From a virus (lineage: Duplodnaviria > Heunggongvirae > Uroviricota > Caudoviricetes), in IMG/VR virus record IMGVR_UViG_3300027777_000022: 64,000 nucleotides of DNA, one strand, 5' to 3'. The notes below the pieces were generated by a model. That model was not told the origin of the DNA. It worked only from the letters and a program-made list of their open reading frames with translations, and made no database searches. The position numbers and the translations under genes are program-made. Below are positions 28,925 through 38,798 of this stretch, piece after piece (the stretch's first letter is position 1; every line of letters starts with the position of its first letter).

Positions 28925-29923
28925 TTACTTGTTTTGGCGGGCGCGAATCATGGCCAAAATGTCTTCGGCTTTTTTGTTGCCTTCAGCTGGCTTGGCCACT
29001 GGTGCAGATGCTGTTGATGGTTCATCATCAAAGTCTGTTGCCACTGGTGCCTTAGCTGCTGGTTTAAACGCTGCCTTGGATACTGGTGTATCCTCATCCA
29101 CATCGACTGCTGACATGGCTGCTGTGCCAACCGGAGCGCTCATTCCAGCTGGACGGTAGTATTGTCCCCAACGTTCAGAATCAAATGGTTGGCCATCTAC
29201 GCTGGCTTCAAACATCTCTTTGATCACGTTGAGTTCCACTGAGGTGGGCTTCTTGGGCAAGAAGGTGCTGAGATCAAACAAGCCATATTTTTCAACTGCT
29301 GCTTGTTCAGCTTCGGTAAGTGCCGACTCTTTACGTGCCCACTTTGAAGTGTTGTAATCAGCATAGCCGCCCTTTTGAGTCTTGGCAATACGGAAGTCCA
29401 GGCCAGCTGAGTAATCAGTTGGCAGGTTTTCCAATTCTGGGTCCATTAATGCACCCTTAATAATTGCAAAGATTTGCGGTCCAATCACAAATTTGCGGAT
29501 GGGATTTTCTGGGGTCTTGTCGTCTGTGAGAGGATTGTCACGTACAAAACCTTGATAGATGTAGCTGCGCTTTTTCCAATACTTACGACCCATTTCCTCA
29601 AGGCTCTTGTCCTTGAACCAAGGACGTACCTCAGTAAGTATTGGGCAAGTTTCTCCCCACATTTCCATGCAAGGTACTTGTACCATAACTTGTTTGGATT
29701 CCATCTCTCCTTTGACGCCGTTGAAGGGCAGTCGAATCATGGCCCGTTCAGCCCAGAAGAATGTGTTTTTGGTATTGCCATCCGGTAAGAATCGGAAGGT
29801 TGCAGCTTGTCCTTCATCCATGTTCCAGTGTGGGTAGATTGAATTATCGCCTCCACCTGTGGATGTTTTGCTTTTGTTTTCTGCTGCCTGTAGTCGTGCT
29901 CGAATTTCTGATAAAGTTGCCAT
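28925..29923 (-). CDS. Single-stranded DNA-binding protein (T4 gp32-like)
   Basis: RFLPDG, CPI, YWKKRSY, GLDFRI.K...GGYADY.TSKW, acidic/Ala-rich tail. Confidence 0.88.
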   Translation of the reverse strand: MATLSEIRARLQAAENKSKTSTGGGDNSIYPHWNMDEGQAATFRFLPDGNTKNTFFWAERAMIRLPFNGVKGEMESKQVMVQVPCMEMWGETCPILTEVRPWFKDKSLEEMGRKYWKKRSYIYQGFVRDNPLTDDKTPENPIRKFVIGPQIFAIIKGALMDPELENLPTDYSAGLDFRIAKTQKGGYADYNTSKWARKESALTEAEQAAVEKYGLFDLSTFLPKKPTSVELNVIKEMFEASVDGQPFDSERWGQYYRPAGMSAPVGTAAMSAVDVDEDTPVSKAAFKPAAKAPVATDFDDEPSTASAPVAKPAEGNKKAEDILAMIRARQNK

Positions 29924-30016
29924 AGTGTTTCTCCTGTAAATGCCTATGTAAAATGCCTATCTAATGATTTAGATTGTGTTGCCTGTGCCACAAATGAAAA
30001 AGCGCAAACACAGTGT

Positions 30017-30054
30017 AGTATATGCGCTTTCTGTCTCTGTGTCAATGTTATTTA
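30017..30054 (-). promoter_or_regulatory. Dual promoter of SSB gene: late TAAATA plus sigma70 TTGACA-N17-TATACT
   Basis: TAAATA 30049-30054, TTGACA 30040-30045, TATACT 30017-30022. Confidence 0.8.
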
Positions 30055-30056
30055 TG

Positions 30057-31934
30057 TCATTTGAGCAAACTCAATAATTTTATTCTTGCCAATTGTGTTT
30101 CGTAGATGCCGTCGGAGCATTCTGCCAGACCATGTACTGGACAGTAATGATTCTCCATGGTGTAGTTGCATTCTTTTACAGGTTGTTGCTGTACTTGAAA
30201 ATCTGCAAATTTATTTGGATCAACACCTCTCGCAGCAGCAATTGCACTAGTGGGCATTAGTGTATTAGGGTCTGCATTGGGATCTGCAGGAGTTGCAGTT
30301 GTGGTTCGAATTCCACTTGCGTGATCTTGCTCCTGACCAATCTTGCCAACTCCTAGATCATAACTTGCTGTGGTCTTGAGTGGACGACCTTGTGCATCTA
30401 CTTTCTTTGTAGTTTGTAAAGGACCCATTGAATAGTCTGTAGTTTTGCTACCATCGTCATGCTGTGTTTGTTGCACGCCGGCAAACCGTGGACTCACAGT
30501 ATCCTCATCTACTTCTTCTTCAAATGTATCCGGATTGTCACCTTCTGCCACAGGTGCCACTTGATCCGGAGGCGGGGCTTCTGCCGGCACTGGCTCGGCC
30601 ATTGGCTCCTCAACTGGCACTGGCTCGGCTACTGGGTCTGCTGGTTGTTGTAGGGCAGTGACCAATTCGGCAAGTTCAGGAATACGATCTGCATTTCTAT
30701 CAATCCAGGCCTGCACCAATGGTACTGAATCTGCTGTGGGGTCCTCTTCGGCCATGGCACTCAGTTGATCAAACAATGCGTCATCACCAATCAAGCTGTA
30801 TAACACATCTGTTACATCTTCCGCATCAGGTCCCAGTGGTTGCGGCTGACTCATCCACATTTTGAGTTCATCAATTTGTTCAGGAGTTTCAGGCACTATC
30901 CATGTTCCTTCTACCAGTTTGGTTGCCCATGATTCAAATATTTCAGCTTCTTTCATGGCCTGTGCTTCTTTCTGTATTCTTGCTAGCATGGGCAATGCTT
31001 GCTCTATTCTAGGATCAATACGTGTTTCAATAAACATACTGCGTAGATCTTCTACAACCATATCAGAATCACTGATCTCTGCCGGTTGCCATGATTCAAA
31101 ATACTTGTGATAGCCACGACTGTTGGACATGTGTTTTAGATTTTGATTGAGTCGTTGATAGTATTGATCAGTTTCTGTTACCAAACTAGCAGCAGATCCT
31201 TCATACACACGACCCTGCTGTGCTCTGCGAAACTGACTCAGAGTGTTGAGTTGGCTTACTGTTTCAGAAATGTGTTGTCCACGAGGATCGTAGGGGTTGC
31301 CACCTTGACGCACATGTTCTACCATGGCTCGACCACCAGCTAACTTACGAAATGGCAAACGGAATCGTTCACCTAAGGCAGTTTCAATAAACAAACTTTC
31401 CACATAGCGATAACGCTTGTCGCCTTCCGCTATGGGTTTAGAATGCTTGATCATTAGTCTAGCATCAGTTGGCTCACCTGAGTAACTGATCTTGCGTGTG
31501 CCGTAAAAACTCTCTGTGAGTGCTGCTTGGCCAGCAATGGCATACTTGAGTCTGCTGATGTTGTCCAAGCTGAATCCACCACGCACTTTACTAGTGCGGA
31601 TGGCAAAGTTTTTAAGTTGTTCTAAGAACCCTGTTTCACCTGCTTCCGGATCACCGTACCAGGCTTTTTTATCTTCTGGGTCCATGGTGCGGCCTAGATT
31701 GTCGCCAAAGTACACAGTCATTCCGCCGTTTTGATCCAGCAGAATTACCATAGTTCCGTAGTTTTTGCCAGTAGGACCTACCCAGTCAAAGCTAAACATG
31801 TCTGCTTCGGAAACATCAGGAACTCCGCGCTCGTTTACAGCGGGCTTTCCGGTCTTGGTACTGAGTGCGTCAACGTCAAAATCACGTGTGATTAAGAGAT
31901 TGTTGAGTTCGCTTGCGATTGAATTTTGTGCCAT
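30057..31934 (-). CDS. Large hypothetical late protein with Pro/Glu-rich linker
   Basis: 625 aa; TAAATA 4 nt before ATG; LTE/LVE/VAE/VKE sites; C-terminal C..CPVHG..C. Confidence 0.7.
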   Translation of the reverse strand: MAQNSIASELNNLLITRDFDVDALSTKTGKPAVNERGVPDVSEADMFSFDWVGPTGKNYGTMVILLDQNGGMTVYFGDNLGRTMDPEDKKAWYGDPEAGETGFLEQLKNFAIRTSKVRGGFSLDNISRLKYAIAGQAALTESFYGTRKISYSGEPTDARLMIKHSKPIAEGDKRYRYVESLFIETALGERFRLPFRKLAGGRAMVEHVRQGGNPYDPRGQHISETVSQLNTLSQFRRAQQGRVYEGSAASLVTETDQYYQRLNQNLKHMSNSRGYHKYFESWQPAEISDSDMVVEDLRSMFIETRIDPRIEQALPMLARIQKEAQAMKEAEIFESWATKLVEGTWIVPETPEQIDELKMWMSQPQPLGPDAEDVTDVLYSLIGDDALFDQLSAMAEEDPTADSVPLVQAWIDRNADRIPELAELVTALQQPADPVAEPVPVEEPMAEPVPAEAPPPDQVAPVAEGDNPDTFEEEVDEDTVSPRFAGVQQTQHDDGSKTTDYSMGPLQTTKKVDAQGRPLKTTASYDLGVGKIGQEQDHASGIRTTTATPADPNADPNTLMPTSAIAAARGVDPNKFADFQVQQQPVKECNYTMENHYCPVHGLAECSDGIYETQLARIKLLSLLK

Positions 31935-31941
31935 ATAGTAT

Positions 31942-33513
31942 TTAGCGCATCATTACAGAGATGAATGGCATGGGTTCGATCACTTCTTCACCATGATCTC
32001 GCATGTGTGTGCTTAGTTCAGCATAGAAACTTTGCAGTACAGTAAGCATGCGAACAGCTAGAATAGTGGCCATAATCAAGTCGTCGGTCTCTCCGGGCTT
32101 GGCTGCATAACTAGTGCCGTGTGCCACAAAGTTCTTAAACTCACTAATCAGACTCTTGCTGTTAACAGTCATTCTTCCTGATTCTACTAGATTTTTCAGT
32201 TTGGAGCAAGCAGCCAGCTTGGTTTTATTTGTGGTGTTAAATCCTTTGCGAAACCTACGCGGTCCAGCAGAAGCAGTGTCACTAAGGAAATACCCTTTGA
32301 TGTTTTCCTCACCCCACTCAGCAATAGAAATCAATGCTGCTTCACCAATGGTATTGTTTTCTACTGAATAGTAAATGCTTTTGTCATCGCCTACAGTGTC
32401 GTATATGTACTTGATGATATCTGCCAAGATGCGTATCTGTTCAGGAATAGGTGTTTTGTTATGGCGCCATTCACCCACTTGCCGTGTGGTGTTGGCTTCA
32501 AAAATCTGTATAGCAGCAGGATCTCCACCTGTTCCCAAGCTAGGATCTAATGCCACAACGTATACTTGATCCTTGCGTATGGGTTCAAACCAACGAACTT
32601 GTCCAGTTTTGTGTGAGGGATCCCGTCCTTGTAAATCCAACAGTTTAGCAGGAGCGATCAATGTTTCGTCATTGATAATAAACTCGCAACCCATCTCTCG
32701 ACGGAATCGATCATCGCCCAACTGTGCTCGCATGGAGTCGCCCCAGGCTTGATCACGATCTGGATGTTCTTCCCAGTAGCTGCGATAGGCTTTGAATCCA
32801 TTCATGCCCAGTTCAGTGGGGTTGCCATATTCATCTTCACACTTGTTGGCACCTTTCCACAAGTATGCAAACTGATCTTCGTCTGAGTTGGGTGTGCTTG
32901 TGATAATAGCTTTACCACCAGTGGCCAGTGTAGGTGCCATGGCAGTCCAAAACTCAGATGCTATAGTAGGTCGCACATACGCAAACTCATCTGCGTACAG
33001 CAAGGTAATACTCATACCACGACCAGTTGTTTCAGTTGTGGTAGCTGATACAATACGTGAGCCGTTTTCAAAGTCTATGGAACCTTTGTTGTAGTTGGTA
33101 GCACCTGCTCTGATGTGATCCGGGCATAGTTCGTAAGCAAAGCGGATACGCTGCATAATCTCCTGAGCACCGGTATATTTGTGTGCTGCAATTAGGATTG
33201 TTGAATCTGGTACAAACATAGCGTACCACAAGATGTAACCTGCTGCTGATGTAGACTTTCCAGTCTGTCGCGGCATCATGGAGATTGAATATCTATTGTG
33301 ATGATAGGTATCAATCAGTTTCTTTTGATATTCAAAGGGATGATACAGCATTTTGCCCTGTGTGGGATGCTGAATGTAGAAGAAGTTGTCCATGAAGTAG
33401 TGCGGACCTGTGTCGGGGTCAGCACATTTCAAGAACTCGTCCAGTTCATCTTCTGTGAATTTCTGACGACGGTGTGGTGCCTTGATCAGCACCGTTTCGG
33501 TTGCAGTTGCCAT
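31942..33513 (-). CDS. Terminase large subunit (T4 gp17-like)
   Basis: YQ, PRQTGKS, YADEFAY, ITSTPN, nuclease ALDPS..GGD and TDDLIMA. Confidence 0.95.
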   Translation of the reverse strand: MATATETVLIKAPHRRQKFTEDELDEFLKCADPDTGPHYFMDNFFYIQHPTQGKMLYHPFEYQKKLIDTYHHNRYSISMMPRQTGKSTSAAGYILWYAMFVPDSTILIAAHKYTGAQEIMQRIRFAYELCPDHIRAGATNYNKGSIDFENGSRIVSATTTETTGRGMSITLLYADEFAYVRPTIASEFWTAMAPTLATGGKAIITSTPNSDEDQFAYLWKGANKCEDEYGNPTELGMNGFKAYRSYWEEHPDRDQAWGDSMRAQLGDDRFRREMGCEFIINDETLIAPAKLLDLQGRDPSHKTGQVRWFEPIRKDQVYVVALDPSLGTGGDPAAIQIFEANTTRQVGEWRHNKTPIPEQIRILADIIKYIYDTVGDDKSIYYSVENNTIGEAALISIAEWGEENIKGYFLSDTASAGPRRFRKGFNTTNKTKLAACSKLKNLVESGRMTVNSKSLISEFKNFVAHGTSYAAKPGETDDLIMATILAVRMLTVLQSFYAELSTHMRDHGEEVIEPMPFISVMMR

Positions 33514-33533
33514 AGTCAGTTAGTTATCGAGAT

Positions 33534-34343
33534 TTATTTGGATCGACCACATTTGGCTCTTTTGGCTTGTGTGAGTTGGCCAAAGTCCACTGTCCATTCT
33601 GATCCTGGGTTGAGTTCTTTTGCTTGGAGCGGAAATGCATAGTTCACTCTAGATTCTCGTTCGATCAGTTCCACTGGCACACGGAAACGAGTCAAGTCAT
33701 TGCCCAGATTTGGGTAAGGTGGCACATGTGGAAACATCCAGCCTGCGATCTCGTTGGTCTGGTTGTTGATCACGATCTTGTAGAACGCATGTGGCACCAC
33801 TACACCTGAGCCAATTCGCTTGTCTTGTGCGTTGTATATGGCACCCACATAGATGGTGAAACTGTTGTTGTGCTGCACAGCCCAGCCTCTCACACTTGTT
33901 TCCAGCAGTTTCCAGATACCACGATTTAAACTACCTGCTTGTGGTGCCATGTTGGTCATGAGAAATGATTCAAACTCCACCTGTGGATCCCAGGATAGGT
34001 CACCGTCTGGGCTCATATGGCCTTTGTCGTAGCCGGTGCCGGCGTAGTCATCGGGTGTGGCACCACTGGGCACTGATTGATCACTAGCGAACGCATTGGT
34101 CCTTGCCACACAACCTAATGCGTTTCGTGGTATCAGTGTGTATGTGACATATCTGGGTATCTTGGCAGCTGCATCGTAGCCCACGAGATATGCTTGTCTA
34201 CAGATTGATTGTGTTGCTATGGTAGCAGGCAGTCCATAAGGAGCATGCACGGCACAGGTTCTAATGTCCTGTGGTGGGCGTTGTGTCCAAGCATTTGCTG
34301 TGGCCGCGAGAAAGATTAAATAGATTGCTAAAAGTTTTTTCAT
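33534..34343 (-). CDS. DNA/RNA non-specific endonuclease (NucA/EndoG family) with signal peptide
   Basis: YDKGHM, TNMAPQ...NRGIWKLLE, VPHAFYKI; N-terminal MKKLLAIYLIFLAATANA. Confidence 0.9.
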   Translation of the reverse strand: MKKLLAIYLIFLAATANAWTQRPPQDIRTCAVHAPYGLPATIATQSICRQAYLVGYDAAAKIPRYVTYTLIPRNALGCVARTNAFASDQSVPSGATPDDYAGTGYDKGHMSPDGDLSWDPQVEFESFLMTNMAPQAGSLNRGIWKLLETSVRGWAVQHNNSFTIYVGAIYNAQDKRIGSGVVVPHAFYKIVINNQTNEIAGWMFPHVPPYPNLGNDLTRFRVPVELIERESRVNYAFPLQAKELNPGSEWTVDFGQLTQAKRAKCGRSK

Positions 34344-34349
34344 ATGTGA

Positions 34350-34742
34350 TTACCTTGGGTAGCCCCGGAAGGCTTTCACCGGACTTGTTTTGTCTACAAA
34401 GGCTGGTTCCGAACTTTGAGGTGTTGATACCATCTGTTTGCCGCCTGGAGTATTGGTCATCTTTAATGCTTGATCAATGATGGGTATCACTTGTTCGTCC
34501 ATGCCGGATATCACAGCATGTTCCCCAAACGCAGTTTCTGATGTCCACGGAATCATGAAATCATTCACACCGTCCTGCTGACCAGCATCTGATCTAGCCC
34601 GAGCCATGGCCACCGACAATCTATACGAGCCATAGGGATCGCTACCATTCACACCGGGCAACACATAGGTATATCTCAAGGGCTCTGCTATTTCTGCTGG
34701 CAAGTGTGCTAGGTCCTCAGTGATGAATTCTCTGGCTCTCAT
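34350..34742 (-). CDS. Hypothetical protein, putative internal head protein (paralogue A)
   Basis: N-terminal MRAREFITE, C-terminal SPVKAFRGYPR. Confidence 0.7.
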   Translation of the reverse strand: MRAREFITEDLAHLPAEIAEPLRYTYVLPGVNGSDPYGSYRLSVAMARARSDAGQQDGVNDFMIPWTSETAFGEHAVISGMDEQVIPIIDQALKMTNTPGGKQMVSTPQSSEPAFVDKTSPVKAFRGYPR

Positions 34743-35113
34743 CGCTTGTATCCTTTAAACGCCTTTACCGGACTCACTGTGCTAGTGCTGGGGATTTCTA
34801 GGCTGCGAAGGTCACCGTGGTTGAGATCCTCAACTTCTGACCCGATGGCTTTGTATGCCATTTTCAGCATGTTGTGTTCTTCTTCGGTGTAAGGTGCGGA
34901 AATGTTGTAGCGACCAGCCCAGGATTCACCATCTATGTCAGGAACAAAAGTTCCGTCGGTGCTGGCTGCTGCCATCATGATACGATTCAGTTCATACACT
35001 CGATCGGCTCGATTGGGATCAACAAATTTGTGCAGGCCTACTGTGGCATAACTTTTTGTTTTGCTGAGCCGGCCTATTGTTCTAGTTTCGGCGATAAACT
35101 CATTGGCTCGCAT
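34739..35113 (-). CDS. Hypothetical protein, putative internal head protein (paralogue B)
   Basis: N-terminal MRANEFIAE, C-terminal SPVKAFKGYKR. Confidence 0.7.
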   Translation of the reverse strand: MRANEFIAETRTIGRLSKTKSYATVGLHKFVDPNRADRVYELNRIMMAAASTDGTFVPDIDGESWAGRYNISAPYTEEEHNMLKMAYKAIGSEVEDLNHGDLRSLEIPSTSTVSPVKAFKGYKR

Positions 35114-35115
35114 GA

Positions 35116-35400
35116 TTAGAACACGCTGTATTGTGCTGAACTTTGAGTGCCCAATGCCACGGCTGTAAAATTATTGCCTGTTATGGTCAAATAGTTGCCT
35201 GCACCCACATAAATTTCCTGGATGGTTCCATTGGGCACAGATACTGCATTAGAATATAGATTACCCACAGCAGCGGCGTTGCCCAAGGCAGTAGCAAATA
35301 CTTGATAGGTAACATTGTTGCTTTCAGAATTGATCTGGGCTTTGTCTGTGGTCCACAAAACATTGCCTGGTGTGTCTTTGATTACTTGGATCATGGCCAT
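35116..35400 (-). CDS. Small beta-rich putative virion protein
   Basis: 94 aa, Asn/Thr/Ala-rich, in late gene array. Confidence 0.65.
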   Translation of the reverse strand: MAMIQVIKDTPGNVLWTTDKAQINSESNNVTYQVFATALGNAAAVGNLYSNAVSVPNGTIQEIYVGAGNYLTITGNNFTAVALGTQSSAQYSVF

Positions 35401-35579
35401 TATTTGTTATCCTTATTTAGATCTGCCATGTTTACAGGACGGAACAGATTTGTGGTCTGACTGAACACTCCAGGAATCATCACAGGTTGGTTACGCACCT
35501 CTTGAGGTGTAGGTGCCGGCGGATGTCTTTCTGCCAGCCTACTCATGGTTTCTGCGTATGTTTGAAACTGTTGTGTCAT
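35400..35579 (-). CDS. 59-aa hypothetical protein, not in ORF track
   Basis: MTQQFQTYAETMSRLAERHPPAPTPQEV...NKDNK*; fills the gap exactly, with TAATG overlap to the next gene. Confidence 0.6.
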   Translation of the reverse strand: MTQQFQTYAETMSRLAERHPPAPTPQEVRNQPVMIPGVFSQTTNLFRPVNMADLNKDNK

Positions 35580-35580
35580 A

Positions 35581-38166
35581 TCAATACTTAAAGTTACGCA
35601 ATTGTGTCAACAGACTTTCTTTGATCTTTGTTGATGGATCGTCAACAGCTTGTGGAGTAGCCAATTTAACTGGTGGTTTAGTTGTAGTTGTTTTAGATGC
35701 AGATGCTTTAGCAGCAGGTTTAGTTGGGGGATCTTCGGGCACGTCTTGAGGAGTAGCAGCGGCTTCTGTAAGCCCAGCCATTTCCATCATGCGACGCAGT
35801 GCATCAGTACCTTCGTATCCCATGCGGTCATCTTGTCCGGCAATCACAGGAACAGTAGTTTGACCAGTTGATTTAGGGCCATTCAATCCGCCGCTGTACA
35901 TCATGGCATCATCGGTGCCTTCTTGATTGGTAGGGTAGTCTGGATCGTTGTTGGTAGCGTCAGTATCACCGTAGGCTTCGTCCACGGATTCGCATCCACA
36001 TGAACTAGATCCGCATGCAGGGCAAGATTCTTGTTGGCCCATGTCATTGTCCATGTCATGGATAGCATACATGTCTGAATCATTGCTAGTCATGCTGTGA
36101 ATGTCACTGATATCATGGCCTTGATCAATGCCGGCTGCTCTTAGCATTTTGGCCAGTAACATTGCATCTTCGTCTGTGGCAGTAACCGTGATGCTTTGTG
36201 TAGGACCACCGTGGCTGTCGTTGTTCATGCTCATGTCTATGCTCATGGATTCAGAAATCATTTTTTCTACTTCACGATTCATGCTGTCGTAGATGCCTTT
36301 GCCGTAGCTGGTTCCGCCGCCCGACGTGGGTGCTGCACTGCTAGTAGCTACTGAACCAGAACTAGTGGTTTCGTCTACTTCTTTTTTCTTCTTGCTTTTT
36401 TTCTCGTCGTATTCAATGTCTTTGGTAACTTTTTTACCGGCACGCTCGGCCTTGCTGTCTTCACTGTCACGACGCTTGCCATGGATACCATCTTTTTTCT
36501 TCTCGTCGTACTCGATGTCTTTGGCAACTCGCTTACCAGCTTTTTCGGCACGGTTGTCACGCTTGTTGGTAGACTCTTCGTCCACTTCCATGTCGTCGCT
36601 GCCCTGGTCATCGCCTTGTTGATTCTGCATGTAGTCATCCACAGCACTCATCATGCTTTCAATCTTGGCCAGCTTGGACTGCACCCATTCTGGCAAGTTA
36701 TCGTTGTCGCCAAGGATCTTTTCCAGGGCCTGTGCATGACGTACCACAGTCTTGATACTGTCTTTGGCCATTTCGCCTTCTTGATCGTACTCACCTTGAT
36801 CTGCTGGATCCATGTCACCTTCGCGTGTCATCAATTTAGATTTTCCAGTGTTGATTTTGGCACCAATTTTTGTGCCTTTACCAGCGCCAACCTTACGTCG
36901 ACCCACTGCACCACTTGGCGCATCATCGGCACCTGCATCATGTCCGGCACCGCTGTAACTCTTGCCTGCGTGGTGACGTGTTACACCTGCACGGGTGGTA
37001 TCAATTCTACCACCGGTGCTTGATTTGCGGCTAAAGGGATCGTCATCTACGAATCCTTCTTCCATGTCACGATTACGACCGCGTACAGCTTTTTTCATAG
37101 CCATGGCCGCTACGTCGCCTAACATCTCATCAACTTCTTTCTTGGCACCAACAATCTTGTCAGCAAACGTGATTTTGTCCACAGGAGGTGCTAGTTTGGC
37201 AAAGGCTTTTTGCTTGGGAGTTTGTGGCATGCCGCCCTTGGATGATTCTAATGCACCAACGGCGTTTAATGCCATTCCTGTCCCAACTGCTTTTTTTATA
37301 CCAGGTGCAACTGCTTTAACCACATCCATGACGCCTTCTTGTTTCAATGGATACTGTTTGCCGCCAACTCGGACTTTTTCACCAGGTTGGATACCATTGG
37401 CTTTGGCCTTGGCCACTGCACCCGAGAAAGCGTTGCCTTCGTCTGTTATGCTTTCATCATACTTGTCATATTTGTTGCGAATCTTTTTCATAGTGCTAGC
37501 ACTGGCATGATCTCTTCCGGCTTTTTGCAGCGCCTTCATGCCTTGATCGCCGTATTTCTTTTTGCCAATGGCTGCTTGGAATGCACTTTCATCCACGCTG
37601 TCGCATTTGCATGGATCGCAATTGCATGCAGAACACATGCCTTCCGCCACACCTTGCTGACCTTGCTGTTCACGCTTTTGTAATTCTTTACGAATCAATG
37701 CTTTGAATCTCGATTCATCACGATGTAAGATACCTGGTCTCAACATCATTTTTAAATGGTCAGTGTCATACTTGCTATAATCCGCACCGCGAGTTGGCAG
37801 TTGGGCAACAGAGCCTTTTGCCACACCTTTCTTGGCGCTGCCAGCTGCTGAACGCATTGGCTCTTTGCGATCGCCGTCTTTGTCCAGGTCCAAGAAGTCT
37901 GGCTTGCTGCCTTCTTCCACTTGTCCTTTGGCACGCATCTTTGCCAGCTGTGCGCCGGCGATTCTCGCACCTTTTTCGCCGCCACCGGTCTTCTTGGCCA
38001 ATGCAGCAAACCCAGTGGTGGCATTGTTGTGCTTGCCCATGTCACGCTCATTGAGTTGACCTCTAACAGACTTGACTGGAGCAGCGGCAGCATTCTCATT
38101 CAGTTGTTGTTGACTAGCCAAGTCGGCCATCTTTTTGTTTAAGTCGTAGAAAAAATAATCGCTCAT
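35581..38166 (-). CDS. Large low-complexity charged protein, putative prohead core/internal polyprotein
   Basis: 861 aa of short modules separated by LNE/VEE/VAE/VDE/ISE/LTE/IKE sites; Cys clusters; KPDFLDLDKDGD motif. Confidence 0.65.
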   Translation of the reverse strand: MSDYFFYDLNKKMADLASQQQLNENAAAAPVKSVRGQLNERDMGKHNNATTGFAALAKKTGGGEKGARIAGAQLAKMRAKGQVEEGSKPDFLDLDKDGDRKEPMRSAAGSAKKGVAKGSVAQLPTRGADYSKYDTDHLKMMLRPGILHRDESRFKALIRKELQKREQQGQQGVAEGMCSACNCDPCKCDSVDESAFQAAIGKKKYGDQGMKALQKAGRDHASASTMKKIRNKYDKYDESITDEGNAFSGAVAKAKANGIQPGEKVRVGGKQYPLKQEGVMDVVKAVAPGIKKAVGTGMALNAVGALESSKGGMPQTPKQKAFAKLAPPVDKITFADKIVGAKKEVDEMLGDVAAMAMKKAVRGRNRDMEEGFVDDDPFSRKSSTGGRIDTTRAGVTRHHAGKSYSGAGHDAGADDAPSGAVGRRKVGAGKGTKIGAKINTGKSKLMTREGDMDPADQGEYDQEGEMAKDSIKTVVRHAQALEKILGDNDNLPEWVQSKLAKIESMMSAVDDYMQNQQGDDQGSDDMEVDEESTNKRDNRAEKAGKRVAKDIEYDEKKKDGIHGKRRDSEDSKAERAGKKVTKDIEYDEKKSKKKKEVDETTSSGSVATSSAAPTSGGGTSYGKGIYDSMNREVEKMISESMSIDMSMNNDSHGGPTQSITVTATDEDAMLLAKMLRAAGIDQGHDISDIHSMTSNDSDMYAIHDMDNDMGQQESCPACGSSSCGCESVDEAYGDTDATNNDPDYPTNQEGTDDAMMYSGGLNGPKSTGQTTVPVIAGQDDRMGYEGTDALRRMMEMAGLTEAAATPQDVPEDPPTKPAAKASASKTTTTKPPVKLATPQAVDDPSTKIKESLLTQLRNFKY
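36401..36560 (-). repeat. Intragenic duplicated module KAE.AGK.V.KDIEYDEKK
   Basis: RAEKAGKRVAKDIEYDEKKK and KAERAGKKVTKDIEYDEKKS. Confidence 0.8.
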
Positions 38167-38169
38167 GGT

Positions 38170-38778
38170 TTATCCTCTTGGTGTTGCGAAAGTAGCAGGC
38201 CGTGGCATGCGTTTGACGTCAGTCATTGGACTCTTGTTGTCTTGCTTGATGTCATTTGTGGTTTTTGCTGGAGGTGTTTTGCCACCGGCTACTGTGAAAT
38301 CTGAACGATATGCATTTTGCAATACCGAATGCTGATAAGGATTAGCAGAGTAATCTTTCTTCAATGCTTGCTGTTCGGCATCAGGTGCAGGATAATCGGT
38401 ATCGGCGATCAGATCCTTGTTCTGTGCTCGGATGTCAGTGATTTCCTTGTCAATGCTATCTGAATATGATTGTGTTAACAAACGGATTCTGTTGGGACTA
38501 AATCCCAACAGTTGAGCCAGTTGTTGTATTTGTGGTTCAATAGCTGGATAACGAAAACTCACATCCACGGATGTTACCATGTCATTTTCTGCTTCGGGAA
38601 AATCCTTCAACAAACGTTGTACAGGGGTAGTTTTCTTGCCTGACATTTTTACAATGTCAAACTGTTCGAGTTTTTGTTCAAGATCCTTGATAAAGGTTGG
38701 TGGCACATCACCCAGGATTTTGATCCTGTAGTCATATGTTCTTTCCGATTCTGCAAGATATTGGTGAAATTTTTTCAT
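38170..38778 (-). CDS. Hypothetical late protein
   Basis: MKKFHQYLAE N-terminus; TAAATA (38796-38801) and AGGA RBS. Confidence 0.75.
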   Translation of the reverse strand: MKKFHQYLAESERTYDYRIKILGDVPPTFIKDLEQKLEQFDIVKMSGKKTTPVQRLLKDFPEAENDMVTSVDVSFRYPAIEPQIQQLAQLLGFSPNRIRLLTQSYSDSIDKEITDIRAQNKDLIADTDYPAPDAEQQALKKDYSANPYQHSVLQNAYRSDFTVAGGKTPPAKTTNDIKQDNKSPMTDVKRMPRPATFATPRG

Positions 38779-38798
38779 ATCAGTGTCCTATGTGATAT

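Noticed and set aside
4736-33513. Possible inteins or introns in helicase, UvsW, UvsX or terminase
   Set aside because: Lengths are ordinary and motifs are contiguous; no intein termini or LAGLIDADG blocks seen
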